Assembly (NCBI GenBank): GCA_965223155.1
Contig: CBDCVR010000015.1
Location: 800,001 to 864,000, forward strand
Length of the DNA stretch: 64,000 nt
Source of the DNA: Candidatus Multivoradales bacterium
GTDB taxonomy: Bacteria; Acidobacteriota; Thermoanaerobaculia; Multivoradales; JAHEKO01
Direction: 5' to 3'
How positions within the stretch are numbered: position 1 is the first letter of the stretch; each line of letters begins with the position of its first letter. Under the pieces are notes generated by a model that saw nothing but the letters and a program-made list of their open reading frames with translations, had not been told where the DNA came from and made no database searches. The translations under genes were made by a program, and so were the position numbers. This document shows positions 61,081 through 64,000 of the stretch, one piece after another.

Positions 61081-61998
61081 TCAGAACGGGAGCGGCTCTC
61101 CGCTGGTCTCGGTCTGCGCCTTGTGAAGTTCCTGCAGCCGCTCGGTCACCGGTCCTCGCGCTCCATCGCCGATCTGCCGGCCATCCACCTCGAGGATCGG
61201 GCTCAGCTCGCCGACGGTGCCCGTGGTGAAGGCCTCGTCCGCCGTGTAGAGCTCCGAGAGGCTGAGGTTGCGCTCGCGCGAGGGAATGTCGTTGTCCCGC
61301 GCCAGCTCGAGGACGACGCCGCGGGTAATGCCGGGCAGGCAGCTATCGGCGTGCGGCGTCTGAAGCTCGCCGCGGCGCACCAGAAACAGGTTGGTGGCGT
61401 TGGTTTCGGACAGAAACCCATTGAGATCCAACATGACCGCGTCGTCTACGCCGGCGACGTTGGCCTCGATCTTGGCCAGGATGTTGTTGATCAGGTTGTT
61501 GTGATGGATCTTCGAATCGAGGGTCTGGGGCGAATTGCGCCGTACCGAAGCCGTGACCAGCCGCACTCCCTTCGAGGCATAGATCGGCGCTTTCCACTCG
61601 GCCAAGACGATCAGGCAGCACCCCATGCGGTTGAACTCCGGGCTCATGCCGGAGGTGACCTTGGGACCACGAGTCAAGGTCAGCCGGAGGTGGGCACCGT
61701 CCCGCATGCCGTTGGCCTCCAACGTTTCGAAGATGGCCCCCTTGATCTCGTCGCGGGACGGCACACCGTCGAACGCCATGGTGTGGGCCGAGGCCTCGAG
61801 CCGGTCGAGGTGGGCGTCGAGCTGGAAGATCCGGCCGTCGTAGACCCTGAGACCCTCCCAGACCGCGTCGCCGCCCTGGACGACGCTGTCGAAGACCGAC
61901 ACCGAGGCCAGGTGACGGGATACCAGATCGCCACCCACGTGAACCTTGATGTCGGCATTGCGGGGATCCGGAAGCTCGTCCGGGCGGTAGCTCCTCAT
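61081..61998 (-). CDS. Aminotransferase class IV (branched-chain amino acid aminotransferase-like)
   Basis: GDAVWEGLR, HLDRL, SKIHHNN, ETNATNLF, CLPGITR, DEAFTTGT. Confidence 0.92.
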   Translation of the reverse strand: MRSYRPDELPDPRNADIKVHVGGDLVSRHLASVSVFDSVVQGGDAVWEGLRVYDGRIFQLDAHLDRLEASAHTMAFDGVPSRDEIKGAIFETLEANGMRDGAHLRLTLTRGPKVTSGMSPEFNRMGCCLIVLAEWKAPIYASKGVRLVTASVRRNSPQTLDSKIHHNNLINNILAKIEANVAGVDDAVMLDLNGFLSETNATNLFLVRRGELQTPHADSCLPGITRGVVLELARDNDIPSRERNLSLSELYTADEAFTTGTVGELSPILEVDGRQIGDGARGPVTERLQELHKAQTETSGEPLPF

Positions 61999-62008
61999 GC
62001 TGAGTCTC

Positions 62009-62737
62009 CTAGCCGGCCGCCCGAATGGCCCGAGCGTACAGACGCTGGTAATGAGGGAGGCACTCTTCAAGCAGGCCTTCGAGGTGCTCGGGAACGGGTT
62101 CGGCCTTGGGTCGGTAGGGCATGAAGCCGGTCGAGCGGTGCACGTTCCGGTACCAGTGGGGCGCCCAGACCCCGTCCTCGGCTCTGGCGCCCGCCGGCCA
62201 GGACAGCATCGCGGGATCGAAGTCGATTCCGATCGCCTGGCACAATCGCTCGAGCACCCCGGCCGGATCCAACAGAATCTCGCGCGAATCCACGACCGGC
62301 GGATCCTGGCCGCGGGCGACGAGGTCATCCAGGAGCTCGGTCTGATCGGCCAGCCCGGTGTCTCCGATCCCCGGATTCGGTACCTGGTGCACCAGCGAGG
62401 TCAGGACTTCGGCCGGATCCCGGATCAAGAGCACGTTGACGGTCTCATCCAGAAACGAGGGTTCGAGACCGCGCAAGTGGTGGGCCATCTGCTTGAAGAA
62501 CAGAACCGCCCGGTCGCACGGTCCCAGCACGACCTCTCGCACCACTCGCTCGCCGTCGGTGTCCATCGCGGCCAGCACCTCGTCACGGCCGGGGTGGTCG
62601 ACACCAGACAAAGCGAGGTAGTAGCCGTAGAGCGGCTCGTCCACGACCCGTGTGTCCGAGCGCTGCGCGAACGAGTACATGAGCGCCGTCGAGACATTGC
62701 GCGGACCCGACCAGAGACACAGCCGTAGGACCGACAT
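62009..62737 (-). CDS. Sulfotransferase-like P-loop protein
   Basis: LWSGPRNVSTALMYSF, DEPLY, KQMAHH, LIRDP, DGVWAPHWY. Confidence 0.85.
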   Translation of the reverse strand: MSVLRLCLWSGPRNVSTALMYSFAQRSDTRVVDEPLYGYYLALSGVDHPGRDEVLAAMDTDGERVVREVVLGPCDRAVLFFKQMAHHLRGLEPSFLDETVNVLLIRDPAEVLTSLVHQVPNPGIGDTGLADQTELLDDLVARGQDPPVVDSREILLDPAGVLERLCQAIGIDFDPAMLSWPAGARAEDGVWAPHWYRNVHRSTGFMPYRPKAEPVPEHLEGLLEECLPHYQRLYARAIRAAG

Positions 62738-62749
62738 CGAGGACGTACT

Positions 62750-64000
62750 CTATGCGATCTTGAGGGCGACGATGGTGCGGTCGTCCGAGATCTCGACCCC
62801 GCGCGAGAACGCCCGCACACTCTCGAGGACGCCACGGGCCAGATCCTCCGCCGACACGCCCGCCAGGCGCTCGAGGGTGCCGTGGAGACGCTCCGATCCG
62901 AACTCCTGATCGCGGCCATTGAGGCTCTCGTCGACGCCGTCCGAAGCCAGGACGATCACGTCGCCGGCCTTCAGGTCAATCTCGTGCTGCCGGTAGCTGC
63001 GCTCGCCCAAGAGCCCCAGTGGCACGCCGCTCGCCTCGATCGGCGTCACCGCGCTTTTCCGCACGAGCAGCGGATAAGGCAGCCCGGAGTTAGCGATCGT
63101 CAGGCGGCGCCGATCTCGATCGTAGACCCCGAAGGCCAGGGCCACGAAACGGCTATCGAACCCCAGCCGGATGAGTTTGCGGTTCATCTCTTCCAAGACC
63201 TCGGCGGGAGGCAGGCACTTGCCAGTGGCAAACTCCCTCAGGGTTCCAACCGCCAGCGATCCAAGGAGAGCCGCCGAGGTGCCCTTGCCGGCAACGTCCC
63301 CGACGGCAAAGGCCAGCCTGCCCTCGCCGTACGGAAAGGAGTCGTAGAAATCTCCACCCAGATAGCGCGCGGGCTCGTAGGCAACGCCGATGTCGATGCC
63401 TTCGATGGCGAGCATGGTCTTGGGTAGGAGCTGTTTCTGTACCTCGCGAGCGGTCGACAGGTCCTGCTCGAGGCGCAGCTCATCCTGGCGAAGCTTCTCG
63501 TAGAGGCGGGCGTTCTCGAGCGCGATCGCGAGCGACGTCGCCAGCGTCGACAAGAGCTGCTGGTGCCGGTTGCTGAAAGCGTTGTAGCTCGCGCTCTCGA
63601 GATCAATGACCCCGATCATCCGGTCCTTGAAGACCAGCGGAACCACGAGCTCGGAGCGCACCCGGAGCTCGGTGTTACAGCGGGCGTATCTGGGGTCGAG
63701 ATCCACGTTGGGCACGCGGATGGGTTGGCGCAGCGCCGCGGCCGTGCCGCAGATGCCCTGGCCTAGGGCAACCGGCTCGAGCGAACGCACGGGCCGGCCG
63801 TCCTCGAAAACCGAAAAGAAGGGCTCCAGGTGCTGCTTCGTCTCCTCCCACAGGAAGATGGAGAAGACGTCGTAGTCGACGATTCGTCCCAGCCGGTCGG
63901 CGACTTTGCGCAAGAGCTCACGCCGGTTGAGGATCGCCGTCATCTCGCGGCTGATCTCGTGGAGCAAGGACAGCGAGCGCGCTTGCTCGCGCATGCGCTG
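62750..64000 (-). CDS. GAF plus PP2C (SpoIIE/RsbU-type) phosphatase, 5' truncated by window
   Basis: GAF (GQGICG...SELVVPL), ALENARLY, GGDFYD, GDVAGKG, SDGV, DDRT. Confidence 0.92.
   Translation of the reverse strand, partial: QRMREQARSLSLLHEISREMTAILNRRELLRKVADRLGRIVDYDVFSIFLWEETKQHLEPFFSVFEDGRPVRSLEPVALGQGICGTAAALRQPIRVPNVDLDPRYARCNTELRVRSELVVPLVFKDRMIGVIDLESASYNAFSNRHQQLLSTLATSLAIALENARLYEKLRQDELRLEQDLSTAREVQKQLLPKTMLAIEGIDIGVAYEPARYLGGDFYDSFPYGEGRLAFAVGDVAGKGTSAALLGSLAVGTLREFATGKCLPPAEVLEEMNRKLIRLGFDSRFVALAFGVYDRDRRRLTIANSGLPYPLLVRKSAVTPIEASGVPLGLLGERSYRQHEIDLKAGDVIVLASDGVDESLNGRDQEFGSERLHGTLERLAGVSAEDLARGVLESVRAFSRGVEISDDRTIVALKIA

Overview
High-GC, densely coding bacterial DNA with about 50 genes; gene content is compatible with an Acidobacteriota/Planctomycetota-like organism, which is an inference only. 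No rRNA, tRNA, CRISPR array, transposase or integrase was recognised. 1-16.5 kb holds mixed housekeeping genes: yggS, a type IV toxin-antitoxin-like pair, hutI, wzm/wzt, an HtrA protease, an acyl-CoA oxidase, a TPR metallopeptidase-like protein and a Zn-ADH. 16.8-41.2 kb is a co-oriented cluster with no PKS/NRPS core. It encodes PQQ-type beta-propellers, an EhpF/GriC-like adenylating enzyme with a GriD-like reductase and Fe-ADH, a HemN-like radical SAM enzyme, a TonB receptor, a flavin halogenase, an aminotransferase, a GT4, a thioesterase and transporters. 49.2-54.4 kb holds a hybrid double histidine kinase facing a PhcB-like methyltransferase and a fatty acid desaturase, a candidate fatty-acid-methyl-ester signalling module. 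60.7-61.0 kb appears to be an unannotated self-contained small transcript: a sigma70 promoter, an 18-nt complement of the 16S rRNA 3' tail, a 14-codon ORF, competing helices and an intrinsic terminator. Several genes look leaderless, and divergent gene pairs share symmetric -10 elements. All calls come from motif recognition by eye; no database searches were run.
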